Assembly (NCBI GenBank): GCA_030587475.2
Contig: JAUQYZ020000266.1
Span: 1-33,582, forward strand
DNA from: Candidatus Sigynarchaeum calidifontis
Lineage (GTDB): Archaea; Asgardarchaeota; Lokiarchaeia; Sigyniarchaeales; Sigyniarchaeaceae
Direction of reading: 5' to 3'
DNA length: 33,582 nucleotides
Positions within the stretch are counted from its first letter, which is position 1. Each line of letters starts with the position of its first letter. The translations under genes and the position numbers were made by a program. The notes under the pieces are model-generated. The model searched no databases. It saw nothing but the letters and a program-made list of their open reading frames with translations, and had not been told where the DNA came from. This document shows, piece by piece, positions 1 to 9,285 of the stretch.

Positions 1-608
1 GACGGCACGGAGGGTTCGGTCGCCCGCGTGCGGGTCGCGGACGAGTCCGGTTCCGCATACGTCGTGTTCTGGGCGGATCAAATGGACGAATATAACAGCT
101 TGAGCACTGGCGACGTGTACCAGTTCGAGAACTTGGCCGTGAAGAGGAATTCATTCGGTAACAGCGCCACGATCGAGTTCCACGCGAACCGGACCTCGAA
201 AATCACCAACTCCACGAGGAAGATCGATGCAATCAATGATCAACCGGCTTCAAACGCAACCTCGGATACGCCGGTTCCTGCCGTGGAGACGACGATTGCC
301 GGCGCAAGTGAGAACATGATCTCTTGCACCATCACAGCGAAGGTGCAAGAGAAGCTGCCACCCAGGACATTCACGAGGAAAGACGGCACGGAGGGTTCGG
401 TCGCCCGCGTGCGTGTCGTGGACGAAACTGGTTCCGCTTTCATCGTGTTCTGGGCGGATCACATGGGCGATTACAATAGCCTGAGCGCGGGCGACGTGTA
501 CCAGTTCGAGAACCTGGCCGTGAAGAGGAATTCATTCGGCAACAGCACCACGATCGAGTTCCACGCGAGCCGGACGACGAAAATAACCAAATCGAGCAAG
601 AAAATCGA
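1..608 (+). repeat. Intragenic tandem duplication of an OB-fold unit (copies 1-227 and 382-608, period 381 nt)
   Basis: Manual alignment gives about 29 mismatches over 227 nt (about 87% identity); the first 32 nt are identical. Confidence 0.9.
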
Positions 609-1518
609 GATCTTGGTTCAGAAGCTCAAGATAGGGAACATCGTCGAGACACAACTCCCGATCAGTTTCGAGGGGCGAGTGAAAGCCATCGACGAGGAAC
701 GGCAGATCACCTTGAAGGATGGCACGCAAACCCGGAACATCAAATTCATGGTCGCTGATGACACCGGTTCAATTACCATGATCGCGTGGCGGGATGCCGT
801 AGATGAAATAAAGAAGTTCAAGCCCGGTGATCCTATCAAGATCGAGAACGTGACGGCGGCGAATAATCGTTTTACTAATCAAATAGAAGCCAAGCTAGGC
901 AGGGAAACAAAAATCATAAAACCATTGGCGTCAGCAGTGCCAGCGATAGAAACGGTGTCCGCTGAACAAGCATTTACACGGCTATCAAGCAAGATCCCGA
1001 CGGGTCCTGTTCCCCGTTTATCACTCGACCGTGTCGAGGACAACATGTTTGGCGAGGTCGTTGCCCGGGTAATCAACGTATCGAGATACATCAATCACTA
1101 CATGGCATGCCCCAAGTGCAAGAAAAAGGTCACTCTTCAAGATGACGTCTATACTTGCGTCAACGATGGTCGACAACCCAAGGCCTCTCCCCGGCTCATC
1201 GCCAAACTCACCATCGATGATGGTGCCGGAAAAATTAACGTCACGATGATCGGCGATAGCGTCACCAGGTTTTTTGGCATTTCCGAGCAAGAGAAAGTGA
1301 AAATCGCGAAAATGGAGAACGAAGGATCGAAGAGCGAAAAGGACGAGATCCTCGCGAAAGTGAATAACCGGGTTCTCTTGAAAACGTACTTGTTTCGCGG
1401 GCGAGTAAAATATAATGATTTTCAGAAGGAATACGAGATCATCGCTGACAGTGCTACCGAGGTCGATTTAAACAATGAGACAGCCACTATCATCAAGGAA
1501 ATAGAATCGGCATCATGA
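1..1518 (+). CDS. rpa: Replication protein A (multi-OB-fold ssDNA-binding protein with C-terminal zinc-ribbon OB fold), 5' truncated by the window
   Basis: Frame is open from base 1 (DGTEGSVARVR). Repeated OB-fold signatures (RKDGTEG..V.DETG..VFW; VADDTGSITMIAW; IDDGAGKINVT) and Y-x-A-CPKCKKKV..YTCVND zinc ribbon as in the RPA1 C-terminal domain. Confidence 0.9.
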   Translation, partial: DGTEGSVARVRVADESGSAYVVFWADQMDEYNSLSTGDVYQFENLAVKRNSFGNSATIEFHANRTSKITNSTRKIDAINDQPASNATSDTPVPAVETTIAGASENMISCTITAKVQEKLPPRTFTRKDGTEGSVARVRVVDETGSAFIVFWADHMGDYNSLSAGDVYQFENLAVKRNSFGNSTTIEFHASRTTKITKSSKKIEILVQKLKIGNIVETQLPISFEGRVKAIDEERQITLKDGTQTRNIKFMVADDTGSITMIAWRDAVDEIKKFKPGDPIKIENVTAANNRFTNQIEAKLGRETKIIKPLASAVPAIETVSAEQAFTRLSSKIPTGPVPRLSLDRVEDNMFGEVVARVINVSRYINHYMACPKCKKKVTLQDDVYTCVNDGRQPKASPRLIAKLTIDDGAGKINVTMIGDSVTRFFGISEQEKVKIAKMENEGSKSEKDEILAKVNNRVLLKTYLFRGRVKYNDFQKEYEIIADSATEVDLNNETATIIKEIESAS

Positions 1519-1671
1519 TCCTTTTGAAAAAACGTTTCGAACGCGTTGTATGCCTCGCGTGAGAACTCATTTTTCCTTTCCGTTATTTACGAGGAGTATT
1601 CTTGTGCCCACGCATCCCTTCGAGAGAGAATATCCCCCGCACGATCGTGGTGCCTTATTCACCAAGCACGA

Positions 1672-3312
1672 TCAAATGTGCATCGAGACATAAGGACCAT
1701 CCGGTGCAAATCCGAGATTGTAGAAATATTGCCGTACGCCGATTCCCGATATCACGAGCAGTTTTTCCGATGAAAAATCGGACCTTGCGACCTCCTCTGC
1801 CACTTGCAAGAGTTTTTTACCTAGTCCCCGGTGCTGGGCTTGCATTTTTTTCGCTACCTTGTCCACGGGCACGACCTCCCCGACGACGCGCAACTCGCGT
1901 ATGATCGAGGATGGCATCCCTTGCATCTCGGGACGGTGGCAGCTGTGCGATGGTTTCCGCAACCTGACATAACCGAAGATATTCGCGGTCTCGGGGTGGC
2001 GCGCGGAAATGAAACACTCGGAACCGCCGGACGCCGCATAAAATTCTTTTTTAATGATGAGTTCGTCAATATCGGGGATGGATTCGTCCATTAGATGATC
2101 TCGGGAAAAGCCATATTCATTGCATCGAATGCAATTGCATTTCAATCCTTTCTTGTCCATTTTTTCCCAGATCAACTCGCGCAAATTGCTGTTCTTAACC
2201 CCTTCGAGGATAAGATCCGCGGGGATGTCGCGCTGCACCCGTTGGATGCGAGTCCAGCTCGGTAGCCGGGCTTTCACGCCGGCAAGCAATTCGATGAGGT
2301 CATCCGTGGAATAAGGCGTGTACTTTCCCTCTCGCCACCATGTTTCCAGCGTGGTTCCGTTCACGACGAGGCACGGGTATATCTTCAAGTAATCGGGGCG
2401 GTATCCATCGCTGGAAAAGATCTCGTCGAACATGGCCTTGTCCCTATCGATGCTGGATCCGGGCATGTTTGGCATCACATGGAAGCAAACCTTGAAGCCC
2501 GCATCCTTGGCGACCTGGATGGCTTTCTTGGTGGTCGTCACGTCATGGCCGCGGCCGACGAGGTTATAAACGTCATCATAAGTGGTCTGCACGCCGATCT
2601 CCACTCGCGTGCCACCATAATCGAGCATTGCATCCACGTGTTTTTCCATGCAGAAATCCGGGCGTGTTTCAAACGTGATACCGATGATGCGACGATGACT
2701 CGTTTCCGCGAGCTTTTTTGCCTCTTCTAAACTCGCGGTTTCGGTACCCAAAACGCCATCTATGCAGCCCTTGAGGAAATATACTTGATAATCTTTCGGA
2801 GTGGACAAGAACGTTCCGCCCATGATGATGAGCTCGATCTTGTCGCAAACATGGCCTATCGACTCCAGGTCATTCACCCTGGCGGCGACTTGCTTGAACG
2901 GGTCGTATCCGTACATCAGCGAGCGCAGCGCCGCCGGTTCCCTCCCCGTGTAGCTTTGCGCAACGGGGTTATCGGGCTGGGATTCACGGCCAGGGCAGTA
3001 CAAGCACTTACCAGGGCATGGCAAGGGCTTGGTCATCGCCGCGATGATCGAAACGCCGGACATCGTGCGTTTCGACCGGCGCTTGAGCACGGGGAGAAAC
3101 GGCTCCCGGCATTCTTCTGGCATAACGGCCAAGATCGCGGCATTCGTCGGGATGTGGTTCAACCGGAACTGCTTCGCGTGCTTGACCTTGATCTTGTTGA
3201 GCTGGTTCCTTGAAACCGGACTTGCTGCAAGTAACTCGTCGACGATTGCCTGCAAGGCAGCCTTGAGCCTTTCACTGTTATCTCCCATCACAAACCAGCT
3301 GCTTGCTGTCAT
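1672..3312 (-). CDS. elp3: Elp3 tRNA uridine(34) acetyltransferase (radical SAM + GNAT)
   Basis: CPGKCLYCP, QSYTGREP, MGGTF, ETRPD, LKIYP, RVQRDIP, IRELRV, QHRGLG, ISGIGVRQY motifs. Start at 3312 (ATGA overlap with the pyrK stop) or 3288; the ORF-track extension to 3414 lies inside pyrK. Confidence 0.95.
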   Translation of the reverse strand: MTASSWFVMGDNSERLKAALQAIVDELLAASPVSRNQLNKIKVKHAKQFRLNHIPTNAAILAVMPEECREPFLPVLKRRSKRTMSGVSIIAAMTKPLPCPGKCLYCPGRESQPDNPVAQSYTGREPAALRSLMYGYDPFKQVAARVNDLESIGHVCDKIELIIMGGTFLSTPKDYQVYFLKGCIDGVLGTETASLEEAKKLAETSHRRIIGITFETRPDFCMEKHVDAMLDYGGTRVEIGVQTTYDDVYNLVGRGHDVTTTKKAIQVAKDAGFKVCFHVMPNMPGSSIDRDKAMFDEIFSSDGYRPDYLKIYPCLVVNGTTLETWWREGKYTPYSTDDLIELLAGVKARLPSWTRIQRVQRDIPADLILEGVKNSNLRELIWEKMDKKGLKCNCIRCNEYGFSRDHLMDESIPDIDELIIKKEFYAASGGSECFISARHPETANIFGYVRLRKPSHSCHRPEMQGMPSSIIRELRVVGEVVPVDKVAKKMQAQHRGLGKKLLQVAEEVARSDFSSEKLLVISGIGVRQYFYNLGFAPDGPYVSMHI

Positions 3313-4184
3313 TTCTTGAAGCGGACCTTTTTGCCCGTGAAATCCCTCGTGTAATTCCCGAATTCGGTTAATGTGCCCAGCTGGTCGGTCGAAAACACGG
3401 GGCCATCCTTGCACACGAGGAAACCGCTAGGATCCATGGCACAAAGCCCGCACAAGCCATTTCCACATCGCATCATGCGTTCCAATGATGCCTCCAGCTC
3501 GATCCCGTGTTTCTTGCAGGCCATGAACACCTGGTACATCATCAACTCGGGACCACAAGTGTACACGCGTTCCAACTTTGCATGTTGTTTTTCAAGAAGA
3601 TTCACGAGCAATTCATGGCCGAAACACTTTTCACCACAAGTTCCATCATCTGTAGACGTGAAATATGTCTTACCCGTGATAAAATGTTTCTTGAAATAGG
3701 CATGATAGAGTAAATCGCCTTCTGTCCGCGCGGCATTGATCACGATGATGTTTTTATCGGATTTCGCGAGTTCCGAGATGACCGGCTTCACGGCGGCCAT
3801 TCCTACTCCACCGCCGATGATGCAGATGTCGTTGCTATTGGTCTCCGTGTTGAACCCGTTGCCATACGGGCCGCGAACACCGATCAGATCGCCTGCGTTT
3901 TTCGCGCAGAGGGCCTTCGTCGCATCGCCAACTGCAGCGACGGAGATTTCATAAATGCCATTTTCGTTATCGATCGAGGACACGCTCATAGGTATTTCAT
4001 CGACACCTGGAACCCAGATCATGAAGAATTGGCCGGGGGTTGGCTGCACGCCGGGAACGGCGAATTTCAAGGTGAAAATCCTCGTGGTCTCGGCAATTTT
4101 TTCTAGGATCTTCACAGGGACGGGTTTATTGATCAAGGATTGCTTGGCTGCCGTCAAATTCACCCGCTCAATGTGCTTTTCCAA
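3309..4184 (-). CDS. pyrK: Dihydroorotate dehydrogenase electron transfer subunit
   Basis: PGQFFMIW..DEIPMS, RGPYGNGF, GGGVG, CGPELM and 2Fe-2S motif MRCGNGLCGLC..VCKDGPVF; overlaps pyrD. Confidence 0.93.
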   Translation of the reverse strand: MEKHIERVNLTAAKQSLINKPVPVKILEKIAETTRIFTLKFAVPGVQPTPGQFFMIWVPGVDEIPMSVSSIDNENGIYEISVAAVGDATKALCAKNAGDLIGVRGPYGNGFNTETNSNDICIIGGGVGMAAVKPVISELAKSDKNIIVINAARTEGDLLYHAYFKKHFITGKTYFTSTDDGTCGEKCFGHELLVNLLEKQHAKLERVYTCGPELMMYQVFMACKKHGIELEASLERMMRCGNGLCGLCAMDPSGFLVCKDGPVFSTDQLGTLTEFGNYTRDFTGKKVRFKK

Positions 4185-5070
4185 TTATATCGGCCAATTT
4201 TTGTATGGAATGTCGTTTCATGTATTCCAGGAAGTCATGTTTCATGTTCTCGACGATTCCAAGTCCATTAAGAAATGCGGTCCCGACTTGAACGGCTCTC
4301 GCACCGGCTAACATGAATTCAATCACGTCATGGCCCGTAAAGACGCCGCCGCAACCGATGATCGGGACACGAACGCTTTCAAAGAGATCGTAGACTGCTT
4401 TTATGGCCATTGGCTTTATGGCCTTCCCGGAAACGCCACCCGATTTGTTGGCGAGAATAGGCTTCCCGATGTCGATGTCGATCACCATCCCGCGAACCGT
4501 GTTGATCGCCACGAGTGCATCCGCGCCAGCTTTCTCGGCCGCACGGCCGATGTCCACGATGCTGGTAACGTTCGGGTTCAATTTCACGAAAACCGGGATC
4601 TTCACGGCTGCTTTTACGTTGGCAACCACGCTCGCGGTAAGGTACGGATCCGCGCCGATGCTGGAGACCTTCGCATGCGGGCACGAAATGTTGAGCTCGA
4701 CAGCATCAGCGCCGGCTTGTTCCACCTTTCGAGCCATCATCGCGTATTGATCCTCGGTTTCACCGAAGATGCTCACGATAAACGGCACGCTCTCATGGTC
4801 AATCTCTGGTATTTCCTTGATGAATTCATCGATTCCTGGATTTGCAAGGCCTACTGCATTCAAGCACGTGCCCGGCTCGATTTCTATCACGGAGGGATTG
4901 AGATAACCTGCCCGGGGCTCTGGTCCGATAGACTTCGACGTGATTCCCCCGATGCCGGCTTCTTCAACTAGCCGGTTGAGGGTTGATGCGGTCACGCCAA
5001 GTACCCCGGAAGCCAGGATGATCGGGTTTGAGAAATGTAACCCGCAGAATTCTACTTCGATCGAGGGCAT
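4168..5070 (-). CDS. pyrD: Dihydroorotate dehydrogenase class 1B catalytic subunit
   Basis: NPIILASG, NAVGLANPG, ELNISCPH (catalytic Cys), VKLNPN, AINT, GGVSG, GARAVQVGTA. Start 5070 or 5118. Confidence 0.95.
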   Translation of the reverse strand: MPSIEVEFCGLHFSNPIILASGVLGVTASTLNRLVEEAGIGGITSKSIGPEPRAGYLNPSVIEIEPGTCLNAVGLANPGIDEFIKEIPEIDHESVPFIVSIFGETEDQYAMMARKVEQAGADAVELNISCPHAKVSSIGADPYLTASVVANVKAAVKIPVFVKLNPNVTSIVDIGRAAEKAGADALVAINTVRGMVIDIDIGKPILANKSGGVSGKAIKPMAIKAVYDLFESVRVPIIGCGGVFTGHDVIEFMLAGARAVQVGTAFLNGLGIVENMKHDFLEYMKRHSIQKLADIIGKAH

Positions 5071-5240
5071 CGAGCTATTCTTGGAAACACGATTCCTTGA
5101 ATGTTTTGAATATACCATGTTTCAAGTGAAACTGAAAATTTTTGCCCGTAGCCTCGACACGCCTTCATTCTCTCTTGCATGATTATTTATCTTTCGTAAA
5201 CTTTTCGAGAAGGAGAAAAAAGGAATATAATAACAAGCTT

Positions 5241-6527
5241 TCAGCCTTTACGTCCTTTTCCTTTCTTTACCATTACAACGGTTACAATAACGAGACCTGC
5301 TGCCAGCCCTCCTATGAGGATCCATTGAATCAAATCGAAAGGGTCTCCGGTGCTTCCAAGCGGGGCCGGAAATTCAAGCCGGAACATGAAAAACGCCCCC
5401 GTTTCCGATAATGCAACGATGGACTTGCCGGTATCGGAAATTGCACAGTCATTGAACCGTTTTGCTAAAGGGCCTGTGAAATTCAAGAAAACATGTCCTG
5501 ATGTCCCGTTGACGATGTAAAAATTACCCTTCGTGCCCCCGAATATCGCGATCTTGCCATCCAAGGATAAATCGCAGCTATCCCCGTACGCGCTCGTCTG
5601 GATTTCCCATAGCGTCGCGTTGCTATTTCGAGCGAACATGGCCGCGCCGAAAGATAAATACCATGCCGTGAGGAAAATCCTGTTCCCATCCGCTGAAATT
5701 GCCACGTCTATGCAATAATGACAAGCCCTTTTCCATAAAACCGTTCCTGTCCTCGCGTCGAGAACAGCTGCGCTTACATCAGGGCCATTTTCTAAGCACC
5801 CCGCCACGATGGTCGAACCATCCTTGCTGATTGCTATCCTTGTTACAGAATGCGCCAAGATAACGGGAGATGTCCATTTTGGATTTGACGAGATGTTATC
5901 GAAGCATGCAATTGATCCGTTACTGAATCCCACAGCAATCACCGATCCATCACCCGAAATGCAGATGGATTGTGGACTACTGATGATCTTTTGCCATACT
6001 AACCCGCCGTCATGATGGAACAGGGTCACCTCGCCTTGCGTGGCAAAAGCAATAAACTCTCCATTGCTCGAGACTTTCACACCTACGCCAAATCCTGTCG
6101 ACGACGAATAATTCCATAGCGCCGTTGCAGAAGCATTCCCGAAGCATTGTAGTATGCCATTCGGCCGGTTTTCCAGGACCGCCATGATATGGCCGTCGTC
6201 TGAAACCGATGGATATAAATAACCATACACAAATGGACCTGCTGAATGGTTCCATGTCGGGGTCATGGCGCCAACAGGAACGGCCGGAATTTTCCAAAGG
6301 GTTGTCCAATGGATCGCGTTGGTGGAACCAAATTTCGTCGTTAATGCGACATCCCCGTTTCCGGAAATCGCGATGTCGTTTGAATCCGAAACGTAACCGA
6401 TATTCCCTTCACCGATGTAATGAATCACGATAGAATCGGCCGAAGCAGATTGGATTAATCCCATTCCGAGAATAAAACCTAAGGATACAATACAAACCGT
6501 CATTGATCTTATTTTCTTCATGTTCAT
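5241..6527 (-). CDS. Secreted, C-terminally membrane-anchored beta-propeller protein (PQQ/WD-like repeats)
   Basis: Signal peptide (MKKIRS..hydrophobic..SASA), repeated ISxDG..W blades, C-terminal TM helix followed by KKGKGRKG. Start 6527 or 6521. Confidence 0.8.
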   Translation of the reverse strand: MNMKKIRSMTVCIVSLGFILGMGLIQSASADSIVIHYIGEGNIGYVSDSNDIAISGNGDVALTTKFGSTNAIHWTTLWKIPAVPVGAMTPTWNHSAGPFVYGYLYPSVSDDGHIMAVLENRPNGILQCFGNASATALWNYSSSTGFGVGVKVSSNGEFIAFATQGEVTLFHHDGGLVWQKIISSPQSICISGDGSVIAVGFSNGSIACFDNISSNPKWTSPVILAHSVTRIAISKDGSTIVAGCLENGPDVSAAVLDARTGTVLWKRACHYCIDVAISADGNRIFLTAWYLSFGAAMFARNSNATLWEIQTSAYGDSCDLSLDGKIAIFGGTKGNFYIVNGTSGHVFLNFTGPLAKRFNDCAISDTGKSIVALSETGAFFMFRLEFPAPLGSTGDPFDLIQWILIGGLAAGLVIVTVVMVKKGKGRKG

Positions 6528-6761
6528 CACCCTCAGCTCGTTGGATGAGAGTTTCATTCTAATATGGTGGAAATTGAATATATATCTGATTCCAAGGAAG
6601 AAGGTATACTCCCTCCAACATCAATAAGATAAGATTTGTAATCCGGATTGTTGGGCGAGCAACATGAGGGATCGGGAATTGCCTAGATGTTTTGTTTAAG
6701 GCAAAAATATTTGTTGGTGAATCCGGTATCTCCTTCCAGTACTAGATCGATTAGAAGGGAC

Positions 6762-7880
6762 ATGATCCAACAGATCATCTCGGCCATGCAGCGCACGGGC
6801 TGGATAATCATCGATTTCTCCGGCAACGATGCCACGATTCGGATAGTGGGCAACAAGGACGTGGAACAAGTTCTCGAGATCGATGTAAGTGCCAAGTGTT
6901 TCGACTTGATCGCGAAAAATAAAGATATGACCCTTATCATCAAGTATATCGACAACATCGACAATTTTAGCAAAGAAAAATCGGAGGAGTTACTTAACAT
7001 AGCTCACATTTTCAACTCCGTGCCGCTCATCATCGGGGAAAGAAACAGGAACGGCAATCTCGAGAACAATATCTTGTATAACCGGTATCAAATCAACGCG
7101 CTCAATTTCACCACATTTGCGAGCGTCCTAGAGAAGAAGGAGTTTCCTCGCGTCTACAGCCAGCGAGGCGGGTATTTCGTGCAGATAAAAACCAAGGAGT
7201 TCAAGGAACTGCGACAATCCCGAAATTTATCGCTCGCGGACATTGCAAAGAAACTTAAACTCACGCCGAAAGCAGTATATGAATATGAATCGAATAACAT
7301 GAAGACCCGGCTCGCTCATTTCGAGGAAATGGCCCGGATCTTCAAGTTTAGCCAGCAAGAGTTCTTGCGCCAGTTTTCGGAGACGATAGACATCTTCGTG
7401 AAGCTCTACAAGTCCAATTACGAGACGATTCGGGATCTAGTGGGTTTCCAGCAAGAGATCGATCACCGGTTGACCGAGCTCGGGTTCATCACGTACTGGT
7501 TCAACAAGGCACCGATCGACATGTCGTTCGAGGATGCCACGAGCGACCGGGTCATTAATCAAAGCCTCGAGAAGGAGAAACCGCTTGCTGAGTCGAGGAA
7601 CATATTCATCTCGGAGATCTCATCGGTCAAAGAGGCAGGGGCCAGCGACCTCGCGCGAACGATCAAGAACACGGAGAAGAAGCTGGAAAAACACGTGGCC
7701 TTCTTGAAGGAATTTGGCAAGGTATTGGAGACCAAGTGTAACATGGTTGTATTACTCGATGATCAGTTGTTCCAGGATTTGAAACACGTGCACGGCATCC
7801 CCATCATCCATGAACACGAGATACCGTCGAACGCGGAAAAATTGAAAAAGATCATTCTCGATCGAAAGCATACCAGTTGA
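6762..7880 (+). CDS. Archaeal HTH transcriptional regulator, COG1395-like (restriction-endonuclease-like N domain + Cro/C1 HTH)
   Basis: CFDLIAK..LIIK...NID, PLIIGER, VYSQRGGYFVQI, then HTH LRQSRNLSLADIAKKLKLTPKAVYEYE. ATG 6762 follows AGAAGGGA. Confidence 0.8.
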   Translation: MIQQIISAMQRTGWIIIDFSGNDATIRIVGNKDVEQVLEIDVSAKCFDLIAKNKDMTLIIKYIDNIDNFSKEKSEELLNIAHIFNSVPLIIGERNRNGNLENNILYNRYQINALNFTTFASVLEKKEFPRVYSQRGGYFVQIKTKEFKELRQSRNLSLADIAKKLKLTPKAVYEYESNNMKTRLAHFEEMARIFKFSQQEFLRQFSETIDIFVKLYKSNYETIRDLVGFQQEIDHRLTELGFITYWFNKAPIDMSFEDATSDRVINQSLEKEKPLAESRNIFISEISSVKEAGASDLARTIKNTEKKLEKHVAFLKEFGKVLETKCNMVVLLDDQLFQDLKHVHGIPIIHEHEIPSNAEKLKKIILDRKHTS

Positions 7881-8570
7881 GTGCACGTGGAACTGATAGT
7901 GGGCGGTGCTGACGAGGCAGGACGCGGGCCGGTACTCGGCCCGATGGTCGTCTGTGCCGCGTGTTTCCGCGAGGCTGATATACCCAACCTACACGACCAA
8001 GGAGTGACAGATTCGAAGCAGCTTAGCCCGAAGCGGCGGGAGGAACTCTATGAGATCATCACGCGCGCGGCGCTCTGCTATGAACTCGTGGTGCTCTCGC
8101 CCGTGGAAATCAACGAGGGCATGGCGAGCGGAGAGAACTTGAACGATATCGAGGTGGCCGCGTTTGCAAGGGCCATCAATGCCGTGATCCGTCGAGGCCC
8201 CATCCCTGGCAAGATGTGGATCGACGCGGCGGACGTGAAGCCCGAGCGCTTTGGCGAGCGTGTACAAGGCCTGCTCTCGACGCGCGTGGTGGTCAACGCC
8301 AGTCACAAGGCTGATGCCACGGTCACGGCGGTCGGGGCAGCATCGATCCTCGCGAAGGTGACGCGCGACCGGCTCATCCACGAGCTTTCCAAGCAATACG
8401 GAGACATCGGGTCCGGATATCCGTCCGATCCCAAGACCCGTGCATTCTTGAAAAGCTATTACCAGGATCACGGGAAATTCCCACCAATCGTCAGGACGGA
8501 ATGGGAAACGCTGAAGCAGCTCGAGAAAGAGATGGGCATCCTCCCGAAGGGGCAAACGAGGCTGTTCTGA
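7881..8570 (+). CDS. rnhB: Ribonuclease HII
   Basis: GADEAGRGPVLGPMVV, DSKQL, IDA, HKAD, AASILAKVTRD, GSGYPSDP. Confidence 0.97.
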   Translation: MHVELIVGGADEAGRGPVLGPMVVCAACFREADIPNLHDQGVTDSKQLSPKRREELYEIITRAALCYELVVLSPVEINEGMASGENLNDIEVAAFARAINAVIRRGPIPGKMWIDAADVKPERFGERVQGLLSTRVVVNASHKADATVTAVGAASILAKVTRDRLIHELSKQYGDIGSGYPSDPKTRAFLKSYYQDHGKFPPIVRTEWETLKQLEKEMGILPKGQTRLF

Positions 8571-8574
8571 TCCA

Positions 8575-9279
8575 TCATTCCATCTTGCCCGCGATCATCA
8601 CGTGGTCATCGCTGAACGGGGCGATGTCGCGCAAGTCAACGACGTTGCACCCGGCCTTCGTCAGGATCGCCTTCTCCTTCTGGAAGATGATCTCCGGCTC
8701 GATGGTCACGTCGATCGAGCGAGACTTGATGGCAATGTAGAAGGATCCACCTGGCTTGAGATATGTCTGGATGTTGTCGACGAGCAACTTGGATTGCTCG
8801 GGTTGTGCCACGTCCTGGTAGATGAGATCGACTTGCTCCGGAATCAAGGATCGGTACTGTGCCGGCTTCGTCGCGTCGGCAAATATCGGTATGACGTTTT
8901 CCCGGTTCGAGAGTCTCTGCACGAGCTCCCGCAAGCTGCGAGCCGAAAACTCGATCGCGTAGATCCGGCCCGATTTCCCGACGATATCAGACAAGTGGGA
9001 GACCGTCGTGCCGCTCGCGGCGCCGAGGTACAAGATGGACATGCCCTCCTTCAAGTAGTACTCCTTCCCATTTTTGCGGAAATACGCGCATAACTTGCTC
9101 CGGTTCGGGTTCCACTCGCGGTACTCCTCTTGTCCTACCTTGAACAGCCGCTCGCCGTACACGTCCGTGCCTGGAACCTGGTTTTTCGTCCCGATGATCT
9201 CGTTCCCATCCACGGTGATCGTGTAGATGCCCTCGAACTTGCCATGGGCTTTGACGGAATACGAGTCGCTTCTCGACAT
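8575..9279 (-). CDS. flpA: Fibrillarin-like rRNA/tRNA 2'-O-methyltransferase
   Basis: VYGE, YREWNPNRSKL, LYLGAASGTTVSHLSD, YQDVAQP, IKSRSIDVT. Confidence 0.97.
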   Translation of the reverse strand: MSRSDSYSVKAHGKFEGIYTITVDGNEIIGTKNQVPGTDVYGERLFKVGQEEYREWNPNRSKLCAYFRKNGKEYYLKEGMSILYLGAASGTTVSHLSDIVGKSGRIYAIEFSARSLRELVQRLSNRENVIPIFADATKPAQYRSLIPEQVDLIYQDVAQPEQSKLLVDNIQTYLKPGGSFYIAIKSRSIDVTIEPEIIFQKEKAILTKAGCNVVDLRDIAPFSDDHVMIAGKME

Positions 9280-9285
9280 CGACGA

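Noticed and set aside
7878-7883. HTH regulator TGA immediately followed in frame by the rnhB GTG (read-through or selenocysteine fusion?)
   Set aside because: Both proteins are complete on their own, no SECIS-like element recognised; tight packing explains it.
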